Assembly: GCA_029953675.1 (NCBI GenBank)
Contig: JAMWBK010000002.1
Coordinates: forward strand, 3,286,001-3,350,000
Length of the DNA stretch: 64,000 nucleotides
Reading direction: 5' to 3'
DNA from: Rhodosorus marinus CCMP1338
Taxonomy: Eukaryota > Plantae > Rhodophyta
Part shown: piece after piece, positions 35,862-48,854 of the stretch
Position numbering within the stretch: the first letter of the stretch is position 1
Layout of the letters: the number at the start of each line of letters is the position of its first letter
Made by a program: the position numbers and the translations under genes
The notes under the pieces: generated by a model
Databases searched by the model: none
The model's input: only the letters and a program-made list of their open reading frames with translations
What the model was told of the DNA's origin: nothing

Positions 35862-37599
35862 AACGCCGAAATTTCTGCCCCTCAGATTTGAATCTTACTA
35901 TGCTGAACCTTCAAAGAAACCAACTAGCCCCTTTTTTGCACCCTACCATTCCTCATATATCATCACGGCGTCCGAACTCTGGTCCTCCAAATTCCTAACA
36001 AACCAAGTATGCAACCAGGAAACAACCCTACACTTCGTCTTAACTCTATCTATAATATCACTATCGAACCAACAACAAGTTTCCTCCTTCACCTACGGTC
36101 AGAGCATACCTCTTCAAAGACATTCGCAAAGGCAGAGCCCGCGATAATGTACGATTCGGGGACAAACTAGATTTAGATAATATTGACTGATTTATTTGCG
36201 GATGGAAACTGGTATTAATTTTTCGTATTGTTTTTTTTAAATACAAGCTGTCCTTCTCATAATTTTGACTGATCATTTACGACTGATCCAGGATTGGAAG
36301 GGTTTTGGATGGTTTTTTTTTTGGCTATATTTAGGAACTCCGTAATCTGACCAATCTTGGAAAATCCAGTCAGGACATCCGATTCTGAGTGTATGAGGAC
36401 GCCGGAAAATTAAGAGAGTCATGTGAGCGGACGTTTTTGAGGTGAAGCGCTCTACCTTGAAAAAAGTGTGGAATGGGACAAGCTCAGGCCTTTTTTCTGT
36501 CGCGTTCATCGCGTATCGTAGGAGACTTGCAAGGTTTATTTTTGCTTTTGTTGCTATTAGTGGAGCCCGAGCTCGCCCACCGTCAGATGGGAATTCAAGT
36601 TTATCAGAGATACTTTTTTTGTAGTTTTTTGATGGGGGAGACGCCATTACCCTGTTCGGGGAGGGTTCAGACAGGAGGTCCAAACATCGCTGTGAATTTT
36701 TTTGTAACTGAGTAGGACCTTTTAAAAAAACGACCAAACCCCAAAAGAGAAGGGTCCTGGAAATTGAGAAAACCTGTCTCACTGGACAACGGTCCACGCC
36801 AATGCTGGACATTGAGAATTTATCTTTTTTTGGAATTCTACGGCCTGTTGCGGGGGTTTATGTTCGACGAGGCCGAAGAAGAGTTGAGCCCCGTGGAAAC
36901 AGAAAGAGACAAGCGGTTCAGTCTGACCGCGCTCTTAAGAAAGTTCCCGTTTGCGAAATTATCATGTGCACGTGCGTCCTATCCAAGTTCTCCGTTTCTG
37001 GCATGTCTGGCTGGAACTCACCGCAAGTCTCTGTTTTTCGGAACGAGAGCAGCTGCAGGCACCATAGTCCACATCTTGTCCAGCTTCTGGCAAGTTCACT
37101 GTCGCCATTTGGAGTACTTTGACTTCGGAATGCTCGGATGTCTCAATGGTTGTGGAGGTAGACTCCAGTTTTTTGTTTTTTTTTATACCCTCTTGGCCAT
37201 AGGCGATCGAACAGTTTCGCCCTTCTGTGCCCTGACAACGTCGGCTTTAGTACTAGGATACGATCAAAGCGGTCAAAGTACCAAACGATTTTGAATCGTG
37301 CTCTATAGCCAGAGTGCAGATAATTCTAGATTGGGGTCCGCAGTAAACTGGAAGGCACTCTCAGGAAACCCTCAAATTGCTTTCGGCAAGAGCAGAGCTC
37401 CAGGGCGATGCTTTTCTCAGCAACCATCATCCTAACCGCCGTCACGAACATTATTTAGGGATTCAATGCTCTTCAAGGCACTTTTACCCGGAGTTAATCC
37501 TCGATCCAGGCGCAAGACTCTTCACGGATGAATCTGACAACGAGCCACTACAAATCCATATCCTGCCCGTCGTAACACCTTTGTTAGAAACTTTCGAAC

Positions 37600-37889
37600 C
37601 AACCTTCTATTCCTCTTTTGGCGATGAGACCAGCATCCGCGTTTGAACTTGGGCGACTCAACCCACGCCGGCGATTAACCATCTTGCCGACGCGGCGACT
37701 GCTTTCGTGCAACGACAACAACGAATTCTTGACGATGCACGCAAGCCTATGGCCTTGGCGCAGGAGTTATATGCTGAGCATGCGAATTCTCGTCGCATCA
37801 ATGCCAAGGTGTACAACATTGGCGACAAAGTCTATTTGTCGACCCTGAACCTCACCCTTGACGGCCCTACACGCTTTAAACCTCGCTAG
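37600..37889 (+). mobile_element. Ty3/Gypsy integrase C-terminal remnant
   Basis: ALAQELYAEHANSRR...YNIGDKVYLSTLNL...RFKPR matches the AQ..Y...AN..R...Y..GD.V.LST.NL pattern. Confidence 0.65.
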
Positions 37890-38702
37890 TTGGGGAGGGG
37901 CCTGTTTCCGGGAAATGGGCTTCGGAAGAGACAGACAAAAAGAAGAAAAACTCTATGGGGGGACATCAACCCAGTGTAATCTAAATACAAACTGGCAGTG
38001 GTAGCCCAACGACCTTGTTCACCATGCAGACAGACTGTCCCAAGATTGAAAACGGGTTAAAAAAAGAAAACAAAGGTCTTTTCTTCTGTTTTACTGAGTC
38101 GATCAAAATGCGGCAAGGGGATGAGAGCGTCTACCGTCATGATTGCTGAGTGGAACGTGGTCTTGTAGAAGGGGATGGGTGAGAACTGCTAGTGCTGCTG
38201 TTCGGTCATAGTGCCTTGAAGGGATGGAAATTTGGGAATGTGGAGCGAGAGAAGGATTTTCATGAGCGTCTTCTAAGCTAGAATTTTGGTATTTCCTTTT
38301 TTGCGGGCTACGGAGCTGCGTTTTCGTCACCACTTTTTTTTTTGTTTTTGGTTTGGGTGCTGTGAGGTTTCGGAGGTGGATCACCTCAGGTTTGAGGGTT
38401 GCAGTCTTCGATTCGAGCGGAATCGAGCGTGAGTTTTGGCTCGTGACGGATAAAGGAATTATTAGGTGTTCCCATTTGATGGTTCCCTTCTCAAGGGTAC
38501 TTGTGGACTTGAATTGATTCGTCTTTGGGTTGGTTGAACAACTACGGTACGCGAACTCCCGTGAAGCGATGAAGTCTGGGACTCACTGCCTAGGTCCTCG
38601 TCATGTCAGTGTGTAACTCTGTGAATGCTTCCTAACCCAGCGGTTTCTTCCATATGAGCAGGTTCTGGACTGGAGTCATCTGACTCAGAATCTTTCTTCG
38701 GG

Positions 38703-39593
38703 ATGGGCTCAATTATGTCCAGAGTGCAGTCCAACTTTTCGTACTTTTTCTCTGGAGTAAAGGATGTGAAGGTATTTATCAAGCACGTCTCCAGAAGCGT
38801 GTACTACGCCTTTACCGCGGATCCGACCTGATGAAGTGACTGCATTCCCGCCGTAGGTCATCATGGTTGGACTGGATAATGCTGGAAAGACCACTATATT
38901 GTACAAGCTACATTTGGGTGAAGCTTTTAGCACGTATCCCACTATAGGAAGCAATGTAGAGGAAGTTCGACGGCAGAATTTTCGCTTACAGGTATGCAGC
39001 CACCCGCAAGGTTTCTTAGTAGCTATAATTTACGGATTACTGAGGAGGTGGTTTCTCTTTCTGTGAAGGTGTGGGACCTAGGTGGACAGGCAATGCTGAG
39101 GCAGACATGGCAAATGTACTTTGTAAATACGAACGGCGTTATTTTGGTGATTGATAGTGCGGATCCTGAGCGGCTTGATGTAGCTAGAGAAGAGCTCACG
39201 AACCTATTGAACTCGGAGGAGCTCAGGGAAGCAGCGATTTTAGTTTTCGCAAATAAGCAGGACCTCAAGGGTGCCGTAACGGTACGTATCTCATGCTAAT
39301 TCTTTGGCTGTGAAGTTTCCGCAGCCTGTTCTTACTCAGTTGTGCTTCTCGACGTATTTAGGCGACTGAGGTGTCCGAAGCTCTGAGTTTGCACTCTATT
39401 AAGGACAGGGAGTGGAACATTCAGGTACGTGTGTCCGCATCGATAGTCGACCGTTCCAATCTCGGAAAGGAGTCAGATAAACCCCAAACCCGGTTTTTGA
39501 ATGCTCCAACAGGCGTGCAGTGCGACAACTGGGGCCGGACTAGAAGATGGCTTAGAATGGCTAATATCTCGGCTAGAACAGAAAATGAAATAA
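38703..39593 (+). CDS. ARL5: ARF-like GTPase ARL5; 5 exons
   Basis: Motifs MGS (myristoylation), [28 protein letters not shown] and QACSA. Four GT-AG introns. Confidence 0.92.
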
Positions 39594-40743
39594 GCAAATG
39601 TTTGAGACGAATAATGGAGCAAGACAAACGACTGTGGAGGGTCCGATCTTCGCGCGACCCCATTCAGTCGCACATCGAATCTCTCCCGGACTGGAAGAAA
39701 AATTTTGAGTCAGCGGAAGTGCCCTTTCTTCGACTTCGTACATGAGAACTGATCGACGAAAATTGATCGACGAGAACCGACCGGATGGGTGCGACCTCAA
39801 CAAGGCGACAGCCACCGTACCAAAATTCTTCGAAGATCGGGATCAAGGGCTGGAGAGGGCCCACACAAATCACGCCCAGGAGTTGTTTTTCGAGGCTCTT
39901 TCTCGGAGACCTTACACCACACACAGCCTTAGCCCACTGCGGCTCGAATCTCACTCCGGCGTAGAGGAACAGCTGACTGGACCGTAATCTGACTGCAAAC
40001 TTCTTAAACAAAGGTGGACGCACAGTTTTTTAAAAGCCAGTGAGAGTGCACAACAGTAGAAAACCCAGACCAAAGAGCAGATCTTTCCACACAGAACATC
40101 AGCTCACTAGAATACAAATCCCGCCTCTAATCTAACACCAGCCCGAACCCCCAGCACCGATCTCCACTTCGACCCATTCGGCAATCCCAACAGCAAAACC
40201 TCCAACTCTCCCACTCCTAACCCGCCACAAAACGATTGAATATCAATCAAAAATTACGTTAACCAGTTATATACTTACAAGTAGTTTTCGTAATATTGTT
40301 TATTTAATGTTTTGTAGATATCAATCAAGTTACTACAAATGAATGGACTGGGTTGGGGAAAAAGGGGACCTTTGCTTTTTGTCCATTCAATTAGATCGGA
40401 AGAGGTCGAGATGTGAAATGTACTGCTTTTCTGTTGGGTGGTGGGGTTCCTCATGACTACCTTTTTTAGTTTATTTTTTGCCTTCAAAGGTGGGTATTGC
40501 AATTTACTGAGGTGGGTGGATTTTTTCTGCGTTCAGTTTGGGGTGAGGATAGGTTTAGGTTGTTGGGGTGAGTATATATAGATGACGACGGGGATTGAAA
40601 AGGTTGGGGAAAGAGAGCTGGTCCGGGCGAGGGTTGGGTTTTGCATGAATCGATTTTTTGTTTTTTTTCCGGTGGTGAGAGGTTGACTTGTTGTTGGTGT
40701 TGTTGGCTTGTATTTTTGTTTTTTGGTTGTGGTTGAGAAAACG

Positions 40744-41361
40744 ATGTCGTACGCTTTTGTGAGTGGTTTTGGTGGGTTGGGGTTGAGGAGTAAGGCTGGA
40801 GTTGTTAAGGGGTTGCGAGATTCTAGGAGGGATGGAAACGCGGTTCACGTTGTGAAGAGGTCAGTTAAGGTCTCCATGTCCTACAACGATGGAAAACCGG
40901 AAGGAAAGGACAGGTTTTTCTCGATTCTGCCGTACTTCCTTCCACTGCTGGATTCGCTGCAGTATGGGAGCTATCTTTTCCAAAAGTTTCCGGTTTTTAA
41001 GGAACTAGTGTTGTATCCCCTGGCGCCTTTCTATTCGATCTATCGGGGAATCCCGTTTTTGGACCTGGCTATTTTCTTCGGAGTTTTCTTCTTGGTCGTT
41101 AGGAATACCAACATCAATCGATTCATCAGGTACAACGCACAGCAGGCGATCATGCTGGATTTGATTCTGATTATCCCAGCATTATTTGGCGGGGCTGCAG
41201 CACAAATGCCGAGGTTTATTGCAGAAACAGGAGCCAACACTGTGTTCTACTCGATACTGGCGGCGGTGGGTTATGCGGTCATTGAGAACATAAGGGGCGA
41301 ACTTCCGAACAAGATTCCTTTGGTTAGCGAGTCTGTGGACTCACAAATTGGACCATTCTAA
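40744..41361 (+). CDS. TIC20: Tic20-family plastid inner-envelope translocon protein with a transit peptide
   Basis: Motifs ILPYFLPLLDSLQYG, VVRNTNINRFIRYNAQQAIMLD and PNKIPLVSESV. The transit peptide starts MSYAFVSG. Confidence 0.9.
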   Translation: MSYAFVSGFGGLGLRSKAGVVKGLRDSRRDGNAVHVVKRSVKVSMSYNDGKPEGKDRFFSILPYFLPLLDSLQYGSYLFQKFPVFKELVLYPLAPFYSIYRGIPFLDLAIFFGVFFLVVRNTNINRFIRYNAQQAIMLDLILIIPALFGGAAAQMPRFIAETGANTVFYSILAAVGYAVIENIRGELPNKIPLVSESVDSQIGPF

Positions 41362-41785
41362 AAGCTACTTAACTGTTGTATGATAACCACGAAATTGCCC
41401 TTCACAAGGCTAGGGGATAAAAGAGACGTTGATAAAAGAAAAAAAGCACCCGTTATAATAATTGGCCAGTTCTATTTCCGAAAGGTTGCTACGAATCTCA
41501 GGTATCCATAATCGAACAAAGTACCTATACCCAAAGTCCGCGCCTTCTCTCTATACACGTATGTTGACGCAAACTAAGAAACAACGACCAGAAGCATGCG
41601 CTATAGCACAGAAAAAATTCTTGCCTTCACACTCCACCCCGCTGCACCGCCGCTGCATAGGAGGGTAGGAAATCCCTGACTGCGCTTCTTGTAGTTAAGA
41701 CAGCGACCAGGTCTCGCGTCCCATCGTACCGATGCTGTCAGTACCGGTTTTGCGTTCTGATCGAACCGGACCCTTCGTCGTGAAT

Positions 41786-42885
41786 TCAGTTCATAGAAAC
41801 TCCGGCAAGGATGAAGGCTCGTCTAGCCATGATGGCAATAATCGCAAAAACTAGCGCATAGGCCAAATAGAGGAGCTTCGTCTCCTTGTCTGCCAATTCA
41901 ACAGTTGCCGGAGCTACTACTGCATGGATGTGTTGCCCCTCTCCAACTGCTTGAACATCTCCGACATGCAGCTCCGGGATTTGTGGAGGTTCTGGCCGCG
42001 GCCCCGGTACAGCACTGGGGACCGGAGCTTCGACGGTTGTCTGTCCCAAGGTCTGCGCCGGATATTCCTCTGCCTCGCGTTCATTTTCACCCTCAACCGC
42101 GCGTGTAGCGTCCTCTCCACCCGCCGCAGACTCTTCCACAACGGCAACTGTTTCAACCTCCGTGGATGGTTCAGTCTGGGCAGTGGTCTCGCTTGAGCCC
42201 CCTGTTTCGACCACCACATTCTTCATGATATCACCAAACGGATGGGTTCCACACGCCGAGCATTTCCATCTAGCGGAGGCCTTCGCCAGCTGTCTTCGGT
42301 GATCGTCAGGATATTGTAAAGCCCCGAGACCAGTTGACTAAAAGCGAAAACACGCCAAAAAAAGAAGCGGTTAGCGCCACCTCTCTGGAACATAGATCCA
42401 GCCACGACAAATGTGAAATCCACTTACGTTTGTGGGCATAAAAGCAATGAGCGCCGTGAGGATAGTTCTGATGCCCCAGCTAGGTTGCCAAGTCTCATTG
42501 TGAAAAGAAGTTACTGACAAGCAAATTCTCGCGCCACATTCAAAACGTCCATTCGGAGTCAGCATAATAATCTCTGGAGGCTGCGCAGACGAAAAACCAA
42601 GAGCCACTGGTCAACGATTTCGAAATCTAAACCAAACGATTCCGCGCTTGATGAAACTGAGCTCACCTTGAATGGGTATTCAGCCGGCAGTAGAATACGC
42701 CCGTGGTAAACGCCACCCTCAAAACTGGTCGACTCAGGGCCCTTTATCGAGAAATGCCACTCAAACACATCGGTTTCCAAAGGCTTCGCGGCAAACATGC
42801 AGTTAGGCTTTTCCATCTCCGCCTCCATTTCCATGACCTCCTGCATAATTCTCTTCAATGCTCCACTAGGCTTTACTTTAGCCAT
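41786..42885 (-). CDS. UBE2J1: ER-anchored E2 ubiquitin-conjugating enzyme (UBE2J1/UBC32-like); 3 exons
   Basis: Motifs FEWHFSIKGP, GGVYHGRI, PPEIIMLTPNGRFE, ICLSVTSFHNETWQPSW and LGALQYP, with a C-terminal TM helix. Confidence 0.9.
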
Positions 42886-44745
42886 CTTGAACGCAAAAAT
42901 GCTCCCAACAACTTCAAACAAAACACGAACCGGAACAACACAGTCGTACCCCAGCAAACAACGCTCCGAACAAGCTCGTGTCGAAGAAAAAAAACAAAAC
43001 AAGCCACGCAACCTTAACAAGCGAGATAACAACAAAAAAAAAGTCGACTCTTAACGAATTCCACACCTAAAGCTCCCCGATAATCATCCAACTCAACTCG
43101 TTCCTCACTAACACCCCATACCCAAAAGTTACCCTGTCCAAAATGAACAGAGTATATATTCATGAAGCCTAGTCTCATGACACACCTCATGAGAGTTTTT
43201 GTGTCCTCTCACAAGCCCCTTCTTCCCACCCCCCCCCCCAACAAAAAATACGATGGGGACAGTCTGTCCATAACAAAAACTGATTTTGCTCTTAAAATAT
43301 TCGACTTTTTCTTAGTTAGCCCAAGATTGCGCTCATGCAAGATGTTCACTGATAAAATAGATTGAATACAAGAATCCATCCAATGAACATGTCAATAAAT
43401 CAATCAATTTTATTTTTGATTGAGCCCATTCTCCTTTGCAGCTTTTGGAATAAGCGCCAGGATTTTGTTTTGTTCTTGAGAAGTCGTTGCAGAAAAATAT
43501 TAGGCGAGGTGGTGTATCTACTTAGATCGCACGCAAAGGCGCTGTCCAGAAACCGAGTCTTGCTTTCGCTCCCATTTGACATTGTTCAGTGTTTCTTTTT
43601 TTGGCTGAATTAGGTATATTTGGAAGATTTATGTTCTACTTTGGGCCGCGATTCTATATGCGAAAAAGCCTGAAATCTTAAAATTAGGTTGATTTAGCAT
43701 GCGGCAGGATTAGCGCTAGAAGGTGGTTTGTTTTTTTTTTTGGAAAAGTCAGATTTTGCCGAGGGAGTTACTAAAGCAAAAGCCAATGATCTTCAACTGG
43801 AGGCGGCAGTGTGGAAGAAGCTTAGGCATGTATTAGCGTTAGGTTCGTGGATCACGTGGATCCTGCCGTGAATTCTAGAACGCCTCTTGGAGGCACCTCA
43901 CCTAGGCCTAGAACTCGCATCTTTTGCATTGCCCTCCTTGCATCATTGTATGGAGACAATACACTGCAAGCCGACGAGCAAGCGGGCAGTCCAGAATCTA
44001 AACGGATGCCCGAAGTTCGGTGATAAGACGATCGTGCTTGCTCCAGCAGACCACCCGAGGTGGTTTCTGAGAGCGAAGAAAGGGGAGCGGAACTTCTGCA
44101 AGATCCGGATGATCCTGACCACGCGGTTTCCACATCGTCTGTGAAAACAGATGGGAGTACGAACGTGCAGGGCGCTGGTGTCGTATATGATCTCATTGAG
44201 AAATGGCTTAAAAAGTTTCACAACTATTTGACATTGTATCCACGAAGCCCGGATCTCGAACGAATTACCCCATTCCTTCCCGTTACTCCCACCGCTTTGT
44301 AGAAATCGTATATTATCGAAAAAATCCGGATGGCTATCTACCGCGCATGCAGACATTGCTCATTGTCTCGGAGGGACTGGAAACCCGCTTGAGGGTCCCC
44401 CCCCGCGTTCGCGCCGGCAGGACGAGCTCGATTTTTTTTGGGATTGAGCTTCGAATGCTCACCCCCAACTCGCCTTCAGCCGGTGGTCGCTCGCGATTGT
44501 GTCGACATGTCCCTGTGGACGGGATAAGAACCTGGAACGGGTGGGTCGACCGGTCGCGCCTACTATGGTTAGTTTTCTGAATTTCGATGTGTAGTAGTTA
44601 AAATCTAGACTCGAACATCTGCTGTTGCGTGCCGCGTATTTATTTCGATTTAAGAAGCAAAATGCAGGAAATTCCAAAGAAGGTACAGATCGCAGGCTGT
44701 GCTTGGGAGATTGATTTGGAGGCGATACTCACTTGAACTCCTAGA

Positions 44746-45276
44746 TTAGTGAGGATACATGACGGGTACCTTCACTTGAGACGAACAGCAGTACGGAAAG
44801 CATTCACAGGGTTGGATGAGTATTTGGCCGCATGAGATACTTCGTGGTGCAAGGCCAGTTCTTGGGCTCTTGTGCATACGAGCATCACAGAAAAGTTTTG
44901 CAAACCATACTGTATGGTTATTTGGTATGATGCTAGCTGCGCATGAACTTATACCCCACAAGGGATCAGCTCTTACGCACTTGTGCAACAGAGGGTGATT
45001 CTGATACCCTCCTGGGATCTCGGTAGCAGCTTGCCTCAGGACTCTGACGACCTTGGCACGGTTGCTCGTGACTTGGTGAAGCTCACGCGATTTTGCAACC
45101 TTGCACCACCTTCGACGAATCTCACCCTCCCAGATTATTGCTCGGAAACGAACAAACACATCAGAATGGAACTTGAGTTTCGTGGCGAGGATCCAGATGA
45201 TGTCAAGTTCCCTCGCCCCTGGAGCGGGGGAACTTGACTGATTGCATAAGCGACCAACCTTGTATCGCTGTAGCAA
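44746..45276 (-). mobile_element. Degenerate Ty1/Copia integrase remnant; possible RT/RNase H debris downstream to about 43900
   Basis: IWILATKLKFHSDVFVRFR...LWG....A...N...KLFCDARMHK....LAPRSISC parallels the Copia pattern W...LK.KS.VF..F...FW.....A.Y..N...FGC.AYVH....KL.PRS..C. Confidence 0.45.
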
Positions 45277-45922
45277 GGGAAAGTGGTCCAGTCCATGCCA
45301 CTTTTCCTTACCTTATATACAAAAAACGACGAATTCCTCATCAAATTCAACTAAACCCGACCCCACCTAGAATGAATTTTTATACATTTATGCAAACTTA
45401 TTTTTTTTGATTTAATTATCAATGCTGTAGAAATTCAAGAAACAATGAATAAATTCCAAATCAGTTCAAGTGACTAATTATAAACCAATCAAAACGGACG
45501 ATACTCTCTGGTAGTTTCCTATTAGTTCTTAGTCCAATTTAATGGACTCGCGTAGTGTAAGGAGAGATACGGTCTCAGGTGGTGCTAAACTGCTAATAAC
45601 GATTCATGTATTGTTAAATACTATTTAATTGGAAACCATCCCACCCGTTTTGTGAAACTACAGGATATTACTTATTCATAACTGAACAAAATAATGCGAA
45701 TGCTTGTTTTGTATGTCATGTCTACCCTGTGAGTTTGGGGAGTACATCGCATCGATTTACTCGCTAAATTAACGAATCTGGTATTGACGATGAGGTTGGG
45801 TGCACCCGCTCATCTTGTGCACTCTGCGGGCTGGGTTGGGTCTATAAGCTTAGGGTTAGTGCCGTGAGTTCGTCTTTGGAGGGGACATACTAGAGATTCG
45901 GAGTGAACTAGAAAATACGAGA

Positions 45923-47684
45923 ATGGTTCTTGGTAGGAAAAAAGACTCTAAGCCAAATACGCCGTGGGATTCGCCCTCTGTTGATGCGGAGAGCGCTTCC
46001 GAATCCTCGAAGTCGGTGACGCGTACAAGCGCAGAGCCCGAGGACAGTGCAGAGGCAGTAGGAGAGCAGCATGTAGAAAATGTAGTAGTGGATAAGGAGG
46101 TGACGGAGGCCACAAACGCGTTTCGTGGTAAGTTGAAGTTTTTTCCGATGAAGTTCAACAACAAGAAGCGGCAGGATGTTGCGGAAACCGCTCCTGAAGA
46201 GGAACCGCAAGCTGAAGTTACGGAAGAGCCGCGAGAAATGTCTTATTTAGAGCACGTATACGGTGAAAAGGAGGATGAAATGGGACAGGAGGCGCAGCTA
46301 GATGAACAGGCGGAACCTGAGGAACAAAGGGAAGCGATCGACGGTGAAATGGCGATTGGTGCTCATTCCTCGGCGGATCTCCAATCCCATTCGACCAGCT
46401 CAAAATCGCTGCCCACACAGACCGTTGCGAAGATTGCGCCTGGCATGACTGCAGAGGGTCTGCCGAACATTGCTGGACCGGTCTACGCCAATGCGTCCAG
46501 AACAAACGTCAATGTGGGCATTGGTGCCGAGGAAATCGCACTCGCTGCCTATGGTGATCAGGGCAGGTCCTCTTCCAAGGCTGCGTTGAATCCCTATGGA
46601 CCTACAGGGAATTTGGGGGTCCCCGGATATGCACCAGAGATGAATCAACACGTATATACTGGAACTCCTTTCGGAGGCGCTGCTGAGCAAAGGCCTGCTG
46701 TACCTGCATATGGTGTCGGCAACGACCCCTATGTATATCCTCAGGTACAAAACCCGTACAAAGCAGCGAACCCGGACGGGATGAGACCAGTATCGGCACC
46801 TATCTCGCCGAATACAACCAGCTCCAGGCAGCTGGATAGAGGCATGCAACTTGTGAAAAACGGCGTAGCTCTAGAGGAAGCGATGGAGTATCAGACTGCG
46901 TACAATACTCACGTAGAGGCAATAGAAACTCTGTTGACTGCGGTCAAGGCAATCAAGTCGGACTATGAACCAGGAACTATGAAAGACGCTGTGCAAACCG
47001 CGGAAAAATACGTCACATTACTGTTCGAGAGATGTGAGTATCTGCTCAAAAGTGGGAAGGCACGGAAACGATCCCAACAAAAGCCAAAGAGCCCGCAGGT
47101 CGACAGAGAAACAATCAACACACCTCCTCCGCAGCGCGGTGTATCGGCAAAGTCGGATCAGCTGTTGGTTGATAGCGACCTGAACTCCTACTTTCCCGAA
47201 GTACCTACCACCGGCGGAGCGAACCTCCGGCCACCGGAAGTATCAGACGAGAATTCGTATTTAGGCAGTGTCGGAAGCTTTGTGCCGCTGGAGCCGGGCA
47301 AACCCGGAGGCCAGATGGGAAACGCGGGAGCCGTAAATGGAGAACACCAGTTGAGGGGTCCCCCAGTGAGCAGGTTTTCTGACTCACTCGTAGATAACGA
47401 CGTTGACGGATCCGGAAGCGTGAGCCGAAAGCCTGGAATGAAATGCAGTATTTGTTTGACGAATGCCGTAACCACCATACTTCCTTGTGGTAAGTGCGCG
47501 CGGAACATTTCGTAAGTCAATGCGTATTGAACGTAGCGCCGATCTGATTTTTTTGTTTTCTATTCCATTCGTAGGCCACACCTATTGTGAAAAGTGTGTA
47601 GATGCAGTGTTTAACACCTTCGAGCAATGCGCTGCGTGTGATCGACCTGTCGAAAGACCTGAAGCCAAAAAGCTTGCGCTCTAG
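45923..47684 (+). CDS. Protein with an acidic disordered N-terminus, an MIT-like helical domain and a C-terminal RING finger; 2 exons
   Basis: MIT-like segment is GMQLVKNGVALEEAMEYQTAYNTHVEAIE...ERCEYL. RING is CSIC...LPCGHTYCEKC...CAAC, spliced across the phase-1 intron 47490-47574. Confidence 0.8.
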
Positions 47685-47902
47685 TCGCGAGCGGACGAAT
47701 GAAGATACTCATGCATATGTACTAAGGACGTGTACCAGACCTGAATCTATTAACAGTTGCTTAACAAGAACAAAGAAGAACCCTGATATCAATGCCGATG
47801 ACCAACCAAAGCCACTTGCTTTACGCTTGACTATAGGAGCGTCTGAACCTACACTCGCCTACTGTTTTCCTTCCGTTGTCCATTGACCTTCACACCTTGC
47901 AG

Positions 47903-47977
47903 AGCAAGGAATGGAGATGCCTGCACAGTGCAGAAACGGATGCTGCACAACATGCGCTGTGAAACTGGTCAGCGGAG
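47903..47977 (+). pseudogene. Isolated 75-nt exon of a plant-type 2Fe-2S ferredoxin (FdC2/Fed2-like)
   Basis: Encodes (E)QGMEMPAQCRNGCCTTCAVKLVSG, with the C-x4-C-x2-C motif. It is flanked by a polypyrimidine tract plus CAG (ends 47902) and a GTACGT donor (47978). No other ferredoxin exons were found nearby. Confidence 0.7.
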
Positions 47978-48854
47978 GTACGTCTGACACAGCCAACTAA
48001 GATGATGCAGAGATATGCAACTTCAGGGGGATCTCTTATCAATCTTTCAACTTCCAACCCACCCCCCTTTGGATATCCACCCAACACTAGCCTTTCATGT
48101 TTTATTATATAGAAACAGTGTCAGTCGCAAAACTTCGGATGTTCTATCCCCTCATCGAACAAATGGCTTCCAAAACTTGTTTCGAGCAAAATATCTCTAG
48201 CGGACATATATACGCGAAAACCATTGATTCCAGCGATCTTGGAAGAAGGATCTACAATCATGATTAGATTGAAGTTTTTGTAATTTATGAATTGTCAATC
48301 AATATACGCTTTATTTTGGTGTGTAGAAGGGAGCGGTGGAAAAGGCGGGGGAGGGGGGGGGGGAAAAGGAATTCTTGGCGAGGATCAAAACATAGTCTAC
48401 TCACTTGAACGGTGGATCTTTGAGAAAAGAGGTAAGGGATGATATAGGGGTTTAGAGCAAGGGATTAATATGAATTTTGGGTTTTGAAAGGGGAAGCCGA
48501 TTAGTCGAGCTCTTTCTTCGTGGGAAAGATGACGCTTTGTAGTCTGGACGTTGTACGCGCTTGCAAGTTGATGACGGCGAATATTGAGTGGAGGATGAAG
48601 AGTGGTTTTGAACGGTTGGCTTGGACGAGACTGTATGGAAAAGCATATAAGGAGGGGAATGTATTTGTACTTCAGGGTAGGGAGTAGAGGGACGAGAACG
48701 GAGGTGGGGCTTTGTGTTTGGGATTGAAGATATTGGGAGGGGGTGTGAGATGGTGTTTTGTAGGATATGGATGGGGAATTGGGTTGATTGTGAGGAAAGG
48801 GGTTTTGTTGACTTCTGGCGGTGAGAGGTGGGTTTGATGGAATTCTGAGAAAGA

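Noticed and set aside
35596-36147. Plus-strand ORFs overlapping the TBC gene, and similar antisense ORFs over UBE2J1, bZIP, PPR and USP
   Set aside because: They are antisense shadows of genes with clear motifs on the opposite strand.
38378-38386. GGATCACCT resembling the 16S rRNA 3' end
   Set aside because: It is an isolated 9-mer in the ARL5 upstream region with no other rRNA sequence.
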